From NCBI GenBank assembly GCA_963693365.1, contig CAVNZM010000001.1, positions 440,425-504,424 of the forward strand: a DNA stretch of 64,000 nucleotides, read 5' to 3'. Numbering within the stretch: position 1 is the stretch's first letter; each line of letters begins with the position of its first letter. This document shows positions 46,433 to 57,887 of this stretch, piece after piece. The notes below the pieces were generated by a model that saw nothing but the letters and a program-made list of their open reading frames with translations, had not been told where the DNA came from and ran no database searches. The DNA is from Amoebidium appalachense (lineage: Eukaryota; Protista; Ichthyosporea). The translations under genes and the position numbers were made by a program.

Positions 46433-47686
46433 GGTTTACGGCCCCTTTGCACGCTAACACACAATCTCGTTACAACCGTGAAATTCCTCCGTCTTAATGC
46501 TTCAACCATGGCTGACAAACCGTCGTATATCAACCTTCCACAATGGAATCCGTCCGAGAAGAGAGATGACCGGAGAAACGTCTCAACTATTTCGAGTGGG
46601 AGCCACTCATCCACCGGTTCATCAGAACCACCATTGCCGAGAAATTCGTTGATGCCATCAAGAGACCACAGTGGGTTGACGGCACTGATGCCAACCAGTG
46701 GCTAGGCTACGGCACCAAGGACTTGTTGGACATTGTGTTCATAGAAGCTAGTTCTAGTGCACGTTGTTCCTTCTGTAAGTCAGAAATGATTGCATCTTGT
46801 GAGGACAACCTCTGCTCCAGTAGTTGGACTAGTTGCTGCAACTGTAAGTTGTCAGACATAGTGTCGTGTATGATGGGTAACTAGTCTATGTGTGTTGTGC
46901 ACTGAAAACGACCGTAGAAAAGTGTAAATCAAACGTTCTGCTTCCCATGTTTGTGACATGGGAGGCACTGCTTTATATAGTCGTTGGCCACCTCATGGTG
47001 GCCTCGTGTGCACCCTGGTGGTGGGCCATGTACAGCATGGCCGAAAAGAGAGCACAATGAAAACAAGTCGTTAAAGATATAAAAGTTAACTGTGCACGTT
47101 GAGTGGCTAGTTAACTTGCACTAAAGCACACAAATAAACGTGTTTAACACACCAATTGCAGTTAAACGTAAATCTTACTTCACACAACTAAAAATGTTCT
47201 GAGAATATCCGGGAATAAAGCACACTACCACTCGAAGAATAGAATCCTGTGGCAAATATAGACATGACATCATCTGAACCGGGAATATTAATTAATGAGC
47301 ACAATTAGCACGTTGCTAGTGAAGCTCGTCATTGGTACAGTTTTGGCTCAAACATGATATAACTACCATATATGAATATGACCGTAAACAAAAGCTCTAT
47401 GCACTCGAGTGAGTGTTGAAACAATGATTCAATTGCTCAGAAACTTTCTCTAACAGACATTGCTAGCCGGGAGTACCAGTGTACTCCAACACCCCTACTC
47501 GATTGGATAATTGTGGTAATTATGAATTAATGCAACTGAGCTCGAGTGCTTCAGGTGCACAAAATACAGACAATAAAGATTCCCCTACTCAATTTTAGTA
47601 TGGTACACGTAGTTGCACAGACTGAGTCGGATGCAACTCTCTCCCCCCCCTGAAGTATGAGGGCGCAGTTGGTTGATGACGGGTGC

Positions 47687-48927
47687 TCAGCACATGTTGA
47701 GCATCCCCACGGCCTTGGTGAAGAAAGAGGCAGACAGGGCCTTGGTGAACATGTCGGCCTTGTTGTCAGCAGAAGCCACCGGGACCACAGTGATGTTGCC
47801 CAGCAGGTGATGTTCCTTGACGGAGCAGTAGCGGACGTCGATGTGCTTGGTCTTGGGCTTAACCCCCAGGGTGTCCAGCAGGGCCCGGGCAGACTCATTG
47901 TCCCCATGGATGGGCACCGGGGTGGGCTCATCGATAGGATTAAGGCCCAGGTCGTCCATCACATAGTTGAGCCATAGGGCCTCGTTCGTAGCAGCAGACA
48001 TGGCCACAAATTCAGCCTCGGTGGAGCTGTGGGTGGTGATGGACTGGAGCCGAGACACCCAGGACACAGGGGAGGTGTTGATGAAGAAGACATAGCCCGT
48101 GGTGGAGCGCCGGGTGTCGCGGGCCTCGGCGTAGTCGGAGTCGGAGTAGCCAACAAGGGTGGGGGGGTCGGGACGGTAGACAATACCCAGGTCGATGGTG
48201 GCCAGCAGGTAGCTTACAACTCTGGTAGCCATAGTCCAGTGGGTGACGGTGGGCGCATGAATGTGTCGAGTAAGGACTCCCAGAGCCTGGGAAATGTCGG
48301 GGCGGGTGGTACGCGCAATCCACAGCAGGGCACCAACCAGGCTGGCATAGTCCTCCTTCTTGCTGTAGGCTGGGGTCTTGTTGCTTTCACTGGCCTGGCC
48401 CGGGACGATGGGGGTCTTGGTGCCGGACATGTGGGTGAGACGAAAACGGGCAGCCAAGTCGATGATGTGTTGACGATGGCCCAGATGCAGAGACCCGTCC
48501 TCCAGCCAGGTAAGAGTGGGCCCGATGAGCAGGGTAGGACGACCCAGGTCCTTGGCAGAGAAACGAGCATCCAGCTTGGTGAAAAAATCGTCGATGAGCG
48601 CATCAGTGGCGGCCGTCACAGTGAAGTCATCCACGTAGGCAGCAAGGGCAATAAATGTTGGGGTCCCGGCATTCTTGATGAACAGGCACGGGTCAGCAGC
48701 ACTCACAATGAAGCCTTGGTCGAGGAGATGGTCGCGGAGGGCCTCATACCACTGGCGCGGTGCCTGTTTTAGGCCGTAGAGCGCCTTGTGGAGCAAGCAG
48801 ACAGCATGGGGGGCCGAGGGGTTGACGAAGCCAGGGGGCTGCTCAATGTAGATGGTCTCGTTGACGGTGCCGTTGAGGAATGCTGTGTTGACGTCGATGT
48901 GGCGCAGAGGCAGACCTTGGGCCACGG
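47687..48927 (-). CDS. Copia RT + RNase H (family 3); the N-terminal part continues at 49868-50031
   Basis: IDVNTAFLNG, LHKALYGLKQAPRQW, AYVDD, YSDSDYA, SSTEAE, TKHIDVRY and ADMFTKAL. The upstream piece reads WVFTVKQ...FKARLVTRG. Confidence 0.92.
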
Positions 48928-49867
48928 TGTTGTAATACGTAGTATTTACATATGGTAAGATCTTCTCAGTTTGTGTTATGTTTCAGTTCATATGCTTAGT
49001 GTAAATGCCACACTCCTATTATGTAAAGTGTAGCATCGATCTCCGATATGCTTGTATACTTGTAATCGTGTTGTATCGGCTTTAATCGTGTATTGTGATA
49101 TCGATTAGAACCTTTATATGTGTGTACACGGATCCACCCACTCAGGGAGAGACGTGTACATGTTCGTGTGTACATAAATATCTCTGGTTATAGTTATGCT
49201 ATTACTAATAGTATCTTGTTTGTTGATCTGTGCTCTCTTAAGTTTTCCTTCCTCTTTCTCCTTCCTTATTTTCTCTTCTTTCTCTCCTTGTCTTCATGTG
49301 TATAATCGTATTTCTTTTCTACTAATATATGTTAGGTAGATTTGTGTTACTTAATACGTGTTCATTGGACGGTAACACACTTAGGCTACACTTAGAATAG
49401 CATGTGTGTTTAGACTTCATTAATTTACTTTAGTTTTCATGTGTTGCCGGGCTTTAACCAATCATCAAGGTTAAGTGTGATATTATTGTCTGAGTCTTTG
49501 CAGTATGTCATAGGTTAGAACTTCCTTGATGATGACACGAGTTGATCTTAACTAGTGTCTGTGTCCTATCGTGTACGTCTCCGCGTACCGGATCTCTCTG
49601 AAAGCAATTGGTTCTTAGTGATTGGTTTCTATTAGAGATAGATCTGATTTCCGACTGGTCGGAAATCATGTATGGATTAGACTTAGAGGAATTTCAGGTA
49701 TTTATTCGAAGATCAGAATAAATTCAGTTCAGTCGTGTCTAAACATTGATGTCTGTTGTGTACACTGCTCCGATCGTTCCGTGTTTTGTTGTTGTGTGTG
49801 TCTGTGGTGTTTTCACACTGCACCACTGTGTCTCTGCTTACATCCCAAATACTTATACAATTTAACA
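48928..49867 (+). mobile_element. Solo LTR of family 1 inserted in the family-3 RT
   Basis: TGTTG...TAACA ends; 5-bp TSD CACGG (48923-48927 and 49868-49872). Removing it restores LVLATSV-AQGLPLRHIDV. Confidence 0.92.
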
Positions 49868-50049
49868 CACGGAGGTAGCCAAAACCAGCCGGATGGTAGC
49901 CAGCGCAGCCACAGGTGACTCGGTGACGAAATAGTCCTGGCCAGGCTGCTGGTAGTTGCCCCGGGTCACAAGCCGGGCCTTGAAAGCAGTGACGTTGCCG
50001 ACGTTGTCCTGCTTGACCGTAAAGACCCAGCCGGGGGGGGGGGGGGGGG

Positions 50050-50091
<42 letters not shown>

Positions 50092-50169
50092 AAGAAAGCA
50101 GACACGAATACAAACAAGCTAAGACACATACATACTTCAAGGCTCTTGCTGTCATACATGGTGACGTAT

Positions 50170-51637
50170 TCCAACAATGCCCCCCTCAACACAGGTCGGC
50201 ATTCCTGGCTTCCATGCCCCTGTCCCGGCCTACAACACCTCCCCGGCCTCCACCCCCCTCAAGGACCCCCCCAAGCCGAACCTTCGTCGGTCTGCACGTC
50301 TCACCAAGCCATCAACGGCACTCAGTCTGGTCAGCATCACAGCACCGACCATCAACATTGACCAACTACCCAAGGGCATACAAAAGCTTTGTAACGGTCC
50401 CAACGGTGATGCCGTCATAGCTGCCCTCACCTCCGAGTACCAAGCCTTCATCACCAAGGATGCCTTCACCGTCGTTAATCCCCCCCCTGATGCCAACATC
50501 ATAACGAGCACAAGGTCTGGAAACTCAAGAAGGCACTCTACGGCCTCAAACAGGCATCACTGGCATGGTATGAGTACTTCGACAAGGTCCTCCTTGCTCA
50601 CGGTCTAGAATGTCTCCGTTCAGATCCATGTGTCTACATCAAGTCCTTCCCCAACGGTGACATCATCCTCACTGGCAACCATGTGGACGACGTCATCATC
50701 ATCTGCACGGCCAACTCCACCCACACCAAGGATCTCGTAGACCACATCATGAAGTCAGCTCTCTGCAAGGTCGACCTCCCTGACATCTTCCTCGGCACCC
50801 AGCTCATCCACACCCCCGGTCACCTCAAGCTGCTTCAACAGTCCTACATCAACGACATCGTCAGAGACTTCATACCTCAACGATGCCAACCCCAAGGCCA
50901 CTCCCATTCCCGTCGGCACCGTCATCACCATCAACGAAAACGACTCACTACCCATCAAGGTTCCATACCGTGAACTCCTCGGCCGTCTTTTGTGGGTTGC
51001 TCGTTGTTCCCGGCCCGACATCTCCTTTGCCATCGGCTACCTCGGCAGATTCAGTGCCAACCCCACCAAACTTGCATGGGAATGTCTGCTCCGTGTAGTT
51101 CGGTACCTCATCGGCACATCCAACCTCGGCCTCCACTACGACAAGTCTGCATCCGACGACAACACCCCCGTGCTGGAGTGTTGTTCTGATGCCGACTTTG
51201 CTAACTGCCCCACAACCCGTCGTTCAACCACCGGATACGTCATCTTCTTCAAGGGCATCCCCATTACATGGTATTCGAAGCTGCAGTCCATCACGGCAAC
51301 ATCCACCACCGAGGCTGAGCTTCTGGCCATCAATGATGCTGTTCAAAACGTCATCTGGCACCATGATCTCCTCCGTGAACACGGCTACCCGATGACCGAC
51401 CCCACCCCCGTCTACTGTGACAACCAGTCCACCATTGCCCTCCTGCACACCAACAGCCTCAAGCACCGGACCAAACACATTGCCGTCCGGTACCACAACA
51501 CGAAGGACTACATGAAGAGTGGGGATGTGGTCGTCACCTACATGTCCACCAAGGACAACGTGGCCGACATCTTCACCAAGGCCCTGCCTGGGCCCCCCCA
51601 AGAGCAGCACCGTGCTTCCCTCAGTCTTCGTGACTGA
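50170..51637 (+). pseudogene. Degenerate Copia pol (RT + RNase H), probably the internal region of family 2
   Basis: LRRSAR, KLKKALYGLKQA, HVDD, RPDISFA, CSDADFA, STTEAE, RTKHIAVRYH and ADIFTKAL. Frameshifts, and an internal deletion of the RT N-terminus near 50505. Confidence 0.88.
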
Positions 51638-52355
51638 ATGTGCCCCCCCCCCCCCCCCCCCCCCCCCCGTTCATCTACAGTGGTCTTCAAGTAGGTTGGG
51701 GCCCCGGCCAGTGGTCTACACATCACCGTGTAGGGACACCTCCCAACGAAAGTCTACTGCTGTCTTCATCGATCTTCAGTGTGTGCATCTTCAGTGGGGA
51801 ATTCTTTCTCCACCATCCGTCGTTTACTTATATACCACTATAATTATATATTGGTTTTCTTTTATATTCGACTTATGTATATGTCGAACTGGGATGGCGT
51901 CCGAATATAAATAAATATCTATAGCCATGGCGTGCTGGTTGACTGCCAGTCTAAACCTAGTCCTCGGGATGTACCTTCCCCGTGTCTTAACTGGTTGACC
52001 ACCAGTAGTATAAATCAGTCCACAAGATGTTCATGCCTTGTGTTTATCTGGGTGGTCCCCAGTATAAAACATTAGCCACCAACACGTCACACATACACTA
52101 GTGTTTTCTTATATATATATATCGTCGTGGCTACCGTCATGTTCCGAGTCTTCCGAGGCAACCGTCGTTGTGTGCTTCTTCCGTTTTGGTTTTCTTCCCC
52201 GACTTGCCCCTTCAAGTCTTCTCCATTTGTCTTCTCGAGTGGGGAAACTTGACTGTGACGTCACAGCACCTGCTTCTACAAGCGTGTGAGTATTGACATC
52301 AACAGTCACATCAACAAACTTCACGAGAACCCAACTTCCAACCCTTGAGTGGGGA

Positions 52356-53161
52356 TGTCATCTTCCCATGATTAACGGCAAGACTTAGAATTTGAATTTT
52401 TATACATGTTTATTAGTTTGTTGTAGTTTGTTTCCTTTTCCCTTTTCCTTTCTTTCTTTCTTTCTTTCCTTTCCGTTTCCGTGTATCATAATGCACAAAT
52501 ATCTTAGATCTGTGTACACATCGAGCTATTTAGCCCGCGCACACGTATTGTTGTTTGCGTCAATGTCTAAATAAGTTTTCCAATCAGATCTCGTTATATT
52601 TTCCCAAACATAGTAACCTACATTCCTCATTAATTCTATTCGATTCCTTTCCCATTCCATTCCTTTCTATCCTCATTCCTTTTGCTTCTTTTCCCACGAC
52701 GTAGCATTGCTGTATGTTCCCCAATTATTAGGAATACTTATATTTAGACGTGTTATGTTAAGAACATGTATAAATATTGATGTGAACTAATAGATACATC
52801 AGTGGTTTCATTTTGTTAAATGTTTCCGTACTTTTATTAGAAGATTTCTTTCATTAGGAAATTGCGTTTTATCTTCTATGTGTCGACAGGCATTTCGATC
52901 AATTTATTTTACTCTCATAGTTTTCGTCTTTCTGATTGGATAATAGAGTTTTTGTTCTTTTGATTGGGTTATCGATTTCACATTCCTGAGTATAAAAGGA
53001 ACTTCATCTTGAAATAAATATCAAGCAGTTGAATTCATTTCCTATGGTTCCAGAAATCGTTCCACCTCTCCGGTTGTGTTTCTCCCGTGTGTCTCTGTGT
53101 TGTGTATAACATAACACCCATCTGTGCTCTCTGCTTCTCCGTTTACCCACACAAAACAACA
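52356..53161 (+). mobile_element. 3' LTR of Copia family 2
   Basis: Preceded by PPT TGAGTGGGGA; TG...CA ends; direct repeat of 45625-46432 with visible divergence. Confidence 0.88.
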
Positions 53162-54926
53162 GAGGGAGGGGGGGAGGGGGGGTACGACCAGGGTGGACTC
53201 CGTTTTTAACTACTCCTTCCCCCCCCCCCCCCCCCCCCCCCCTTTCATATTCAAAAATCCCTAGCGAGCTGCACCAACCAATTCATTGCATGGGCAGGCA
53301 ACCGGTCAACCTGTCCTCCCCAAGGTGGTGGGATATGTGGGCCATGTGTCACCACTTGCTGCACAATTGCAGCCGTAAGGTGAGGGTCAGCAGAAGCAGG
53401 CTGGAATTTGCAGGCATTGCCCGGACCCACGCAGGGCCCCGGCCTGTGCGCCATAGCAGGGCTGGATGTCCCGACACACCGGTTTAGAAAGAAGGGATTT
53501 GGGCGTGTTGCAAAAAGGGTTCGTATGAAAAAGAGATACGGTCATGTAGGTTTGATCGGACAAATTGCTTGGAAACAGTGATTTGCTCGTAACGGGAAGG
53601 TATCCGGTGTAACACTCTATAGCTAGTGCAAGAATTCATGCTCAAAGTCGGACACCTCCTTTCTCACGGTTCCTAGGCCTGTGCGATTTTAAGTCCAGCT
53701 GGTCTGAGGCTAAAACCTTGAGTATGGGTATTGTCACGTAGGGCCTATTGTTTGTCGTTGCAGTCCCCCCCCCCCCCCCCCCCCCCACCACCACCACCCA
53801 CAGACACACACATACACACACACGCACACATACACACACAAACGGACACATTCCCCCCCCCCCCCCCCCCCCACCCCACCCCCCCCTCCCCTCCCCCCCA
53901 CTTGCCCCTTGTCCTTGCCAGGCTTCAACGGCACAAGGGTTGTACGCCGTGGTTACGGGAGCCTCGGAGCGGATATGTGTGTCTCGCTCTGCCTGCCGTC
54001 GTGAAAGTCCTCTACACACACACACACACATTCTTGCTTACCGATGTAAAACGAGCTATTTATCAAGCCCCTAGTAGTAGTACCCTCAGTGTCTGCAGTT
54101 CAGCAGCAGCAGCTGCTTGTTTTGTGTGATGTTTCTCCGTCAATTTGAGCCATTTCACTAGATCGTGCACGTTCTGACAACCAAACGGTGGTGAGCATTG
54201 AGAAGAATTTATTAAGAGTGTAATCGACCCATGGAAGCTGTGCATCACCAGAAATGAAGTTGGAGTTGTATCAGGCAGTCTCGCTGTACAATAAAAAAAG
54301 AGAGAACCGTTCGAGTGAGAGAGCTCCATGCAGGGCGGTGTTGTATAGTATGATCGTGTGTCCGTGACAAACAATATATTTGTAAATGAACGGGGTTGAC
54401 TAGACCACGCTTTGCTAAGTTACGTGCTAGTCCTACTTACACCTAGTAAGCCGAGCACACTGAGTGAGCTCTGAAGCCCCCGACATGCCCTTATATCGGA
54501 GCTCGCACAGCGGCTCAGACATGCGCATCGGTATGTCCTTTTTGGCTACGAGAGCCAATCACATACGGTTCACGGTTCTGTCCCATGGCTATCAGGGTTC
54601 CAATAAACTTAGTGAGCCAATCGGGTGACAGTACTTGACTATCGATGCATTCCACAGTCATACCTCACGGCTACTTGCATATTTTCCCATGATAAAACTA
54701 TAACTTAACGCTCATGGTTCCTCTACTACGTGTCGGTCCCATGTGACTATTATATCTGTTTTCCCATGAATAATCCTGCAAGCTGCACGTGCACATATGT
54801 TTAACTCCATGCTCATGCGCACAAGACTGGGGGGGACATGCATACTGGCCTACCTAAGATCAAACACAGTGGTATATATACATGTACACGTGTGCGTATA
54901 TCTCAACCTGTGTACATCCATACTAG

Positions 54927-56984
54927 ATATCGCCGGCTAAGGGGAACACCCAAGCAAACGGTAACATCAACATCCCACCCAAATACGAGAGGGTGTATTT
55001 CAAAGTCAAGCACGGCAGACGCCCACACAGGGCCATGTGGTCCATCTTCAAGGCTCTCGGCTTCTGGTGCTCTCGCATCCTTTGTCTGTCCTTCATTGGA
55101 TACGATGTGCTGGAAGTAGCAGTACGGGGCGACTATAACCGTGCGTTCATCCGTGACGCGACAAAGGGGTGTGGAAGCTTCTTCACCCACCCCCCAAGCT
55201 ACGACCCATGCGCGCCGGAAAACATTCAGAAAGCAGACAAAGAACGTAAAGTGTCTGCTAAGAATGCGTGCGCCACACGTTGTCGTGTACGCATCAGCAA
55301 GGCAAAAGAGTTCCTCGCAAAGTTGGAAAACGATGCTACGAGCGTGATAGACACGGACACGAAGGAACCAATGTTTTCTGGTGAGAAACTGCTCGAGCGC
55401 AAACGCCGATGCGAGATGGAAATCGAGCTCTTCTGCGAACTGTTCGCGCTGGCGGAAGGTCGTGCATACGACCCCGTAAGCGACAAGTGGGAACCAACCC
55501 CACAGGTGTCGGACCAAACCGATGCCTAATTTATCCTTCTTCTTCTGGAATGCTCGGACACTGGGCCCCCAAAAGGGCCTCCCCCCCGGGACACTCGACG
55601 ATAAAATCAGCTACATACAACAACAGACAAACAACCACACGTTTACAGTGATTTGCGAAACACAGTTTAAAAACCACCACAAATTCAACACTACATTGGT
55701 CGACACATCCACACACCCCGGTTACGCGAAAAACCGAGGCATTATTGTACTTGCCGCGCCACACGTGAGAGTGAAGTGCAAACCGGTAGCAAAAACGGAA
55801 TTCTCGGTTTCTATAGAGTTTCTTTCTAATGTTTTTACTTTTGTATATTACCCACCATCTATGTCGGTTGTCGAATTGACTCACGAGTTGTCACAGTTAA
55901 CTTACCAATGTCCACTGTTATTTTAGGTGATTTTAACACGCGATTCCACCACACAGACACACTGCAAGTGAGTGTCGGGTACCCATCTAAGCCCCCGGAG
56001 CGTGCTATCCCTTTAGCAAGGTATGTCCAAAGTCACACTTTGCGGTTCCCTCAAATATCCCATGCCCACAACACCGACTGGGGAGTGGCCTTTTGGCCAT
56101 CAACCATGTCAAAACTCTCTCTCCCTCCTAACCTCTCTAGGTCATCTGACCACTCTCCTATCCTTTTCCTACCTAAGATCTCCCTTGATCTGCTCCCCCC
56201 TCCTCCTCCCACCTTTCGCCTTCGTCTATCCCAGCTTAAGTCACAGTGGGGTAGAGTTGATGTATGTATATGCTATGCAACGAAACACCCTATATATATG
56301 CGCCTATTAGAATCTGCACAAGCCAGACCAGATTCACATCTCGTACTAGATACATGCACTAACTTTATTGTTGATGATTTGATAGATCTCGGTGATTATG
56401 CTGGCGGTGGTAGGAAGGAATATCCCGATGCTCTCTTGTTACCAAACACCACTCCCGCTAGACTAGGTGAACCCCTATCTCAAAAGGAAAGCTTGCGCCG
56501 GCTTGCTAGTATGAATCGATTTGGCCCCCCTGCTCGTATTATTGGTGATACCACTGGAGACCCCCTCATAGACTCTGATAAGTATTTCTCGGAACTGTTT
56601 AAAGATAGGACCCCCGCTCAGAAACCTATTGTGTGGCCTGTAGACCCATCTATCCCCATAGAATCGATCCTCCCCTTTTTCAGTCCCGATGCCATATGGT
56701 CTCTGATATCTAGTTATAGCTCTAGTAAGTCTTGTGGACCTGATGGACTCCCTGCTGGGTTTCTTAAAATCCTTGTTCCCTCCTACTTACAAAAGGAAAG
56801 TGATCGTGCTATTAAACCTGATCTTACTATCATGTTAAGCTCTCTCTTTTCTTGGTGTGTTAAATGTGGACATGTCCCGTCATCTTGGTTAGATACCTTA
56901 GTGATCCCCATAGTTAAGAAGGACTCTGAGGGCCCCATATCATCCTTTCGCCCCATTACACTAACCCAGGTTGTTCGTAGATTC
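54927..56984 (+). mobile_element. LINE family A, copy 3: ORF1 C-terminal part (to 55529) and ORF2 APE + RT N-terminus (from 55522), cut by a Gypsy LTR
   Basis: FWNARTL, ICETQ, LGDFN, SDHSPI, SCGPDG and FRPITLTQVVRRF. One-base frameshift near 55912. The ORF2 ATG overlaps the end of ORF1 (ATGccTAA). Confidence 0.88.
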
Positions 56985-57625
56985 TGTCGTATCCTAATGT
57001 ATATGTACTAGAGACGCGGCACTCTACTAAGTGTACACACACGAAAAGGAACGAACGTGTACGGAAAAACGGTAAAGTTTATTTAGACCAGGCTCCGACG
57101 GGCAAACTTAGATCCGTACGGAATGAGGCTAAGTCACAACTGAGGCCATCAAGGCCGTGCCCTCAAAGATCATCATCACCTGGCCCCCTACGATGCCACA
57201 TTCCAAACATTCCGATCTACTTTTATCGTGCGCCTGCACGAGCTAAGTCGATCTACTCAACTAATTATTTATTTATCCATGTCTCACCCCTCACCCTCCC
57301 CCTAGTGGCACCGCAGAGTCTAAATCTACATTTCATACTATCCTCCCCCCCCTCCCTCCCCCCCTTTCCTCTACATCTAAATATATAAATACGTTTGGCA
57401 ACATACCCTATCAAACCTTGCCAATACTTACAAAAGGGCTTCTGCCCGAACAATCACATTCCTAAGTCCTCCTACGATCTATCCTACACACTAATTAGAA
57501 TTCTATTGGTCGGCTGTCCCGGCTGACGTGGTCCAATGCCCTGCGCCGGCAGAGGCAAGATGCACGCAGCTGTACAGCTATCTTGAGGCCCCGGACTTGA
57601 TCTTGATGATCTGTGGACCCGGGCC

Positions 57626-57657
<32 letters not shown>

Positions 57658-57708
57658 ATCTCGATCGTAGACTTAGGCTGATCTGCTGAGACGGATTAGT
57701 ATATGTCA
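56985..57708 (-). mobile_element. 3' LTR of the Gypsy element
   Basis: Terminal inverted repeats TGTCGTATCCTAAT / TGACATATACTAAT (11/14). [13 protein letters not shown] immediately internal (57710-57719). Begins exactly where LINE-A identity stops. Confidence 0.85.
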
Positions 57709-57887
57709 ACTCCCCCCCCGGCCCCCGGAAAAGCTGAGTCCCACCTCAGTCACATTACATCTAACACCCCCTAAAAAGACATAGACTAATCAGTCTCCTA
57801 AAAAAAAATTAAATAAATTACGAAGAAAAATAATAAATTAATCTACCCCATAAGCTTGATACCTACGGAGACACCTATGATAATAAA

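Larger units (their letters stand above)
46724..50031 (-). mobile_element. Copia family 3 element, 5'-truncated: RT-RNase H, PPT and probable 3' LTR (46724-47638)
   Basis: [17 protein letters not shown] just after the pol stop. TGTTGG boundary at 46724; TATA-like CTATATAAAG on the minus strand at about 46971-46980. Truncated at the poly-G/(GA)n tract at 50033. Confidence 0.8.

Noticed and set aside
53251-54925. Possible host exon near 53300-53380 and possible LTR in 54100-54925
   Set aside because: No recognisable protein motif, second copy, terminal repeats or TSD within this window.
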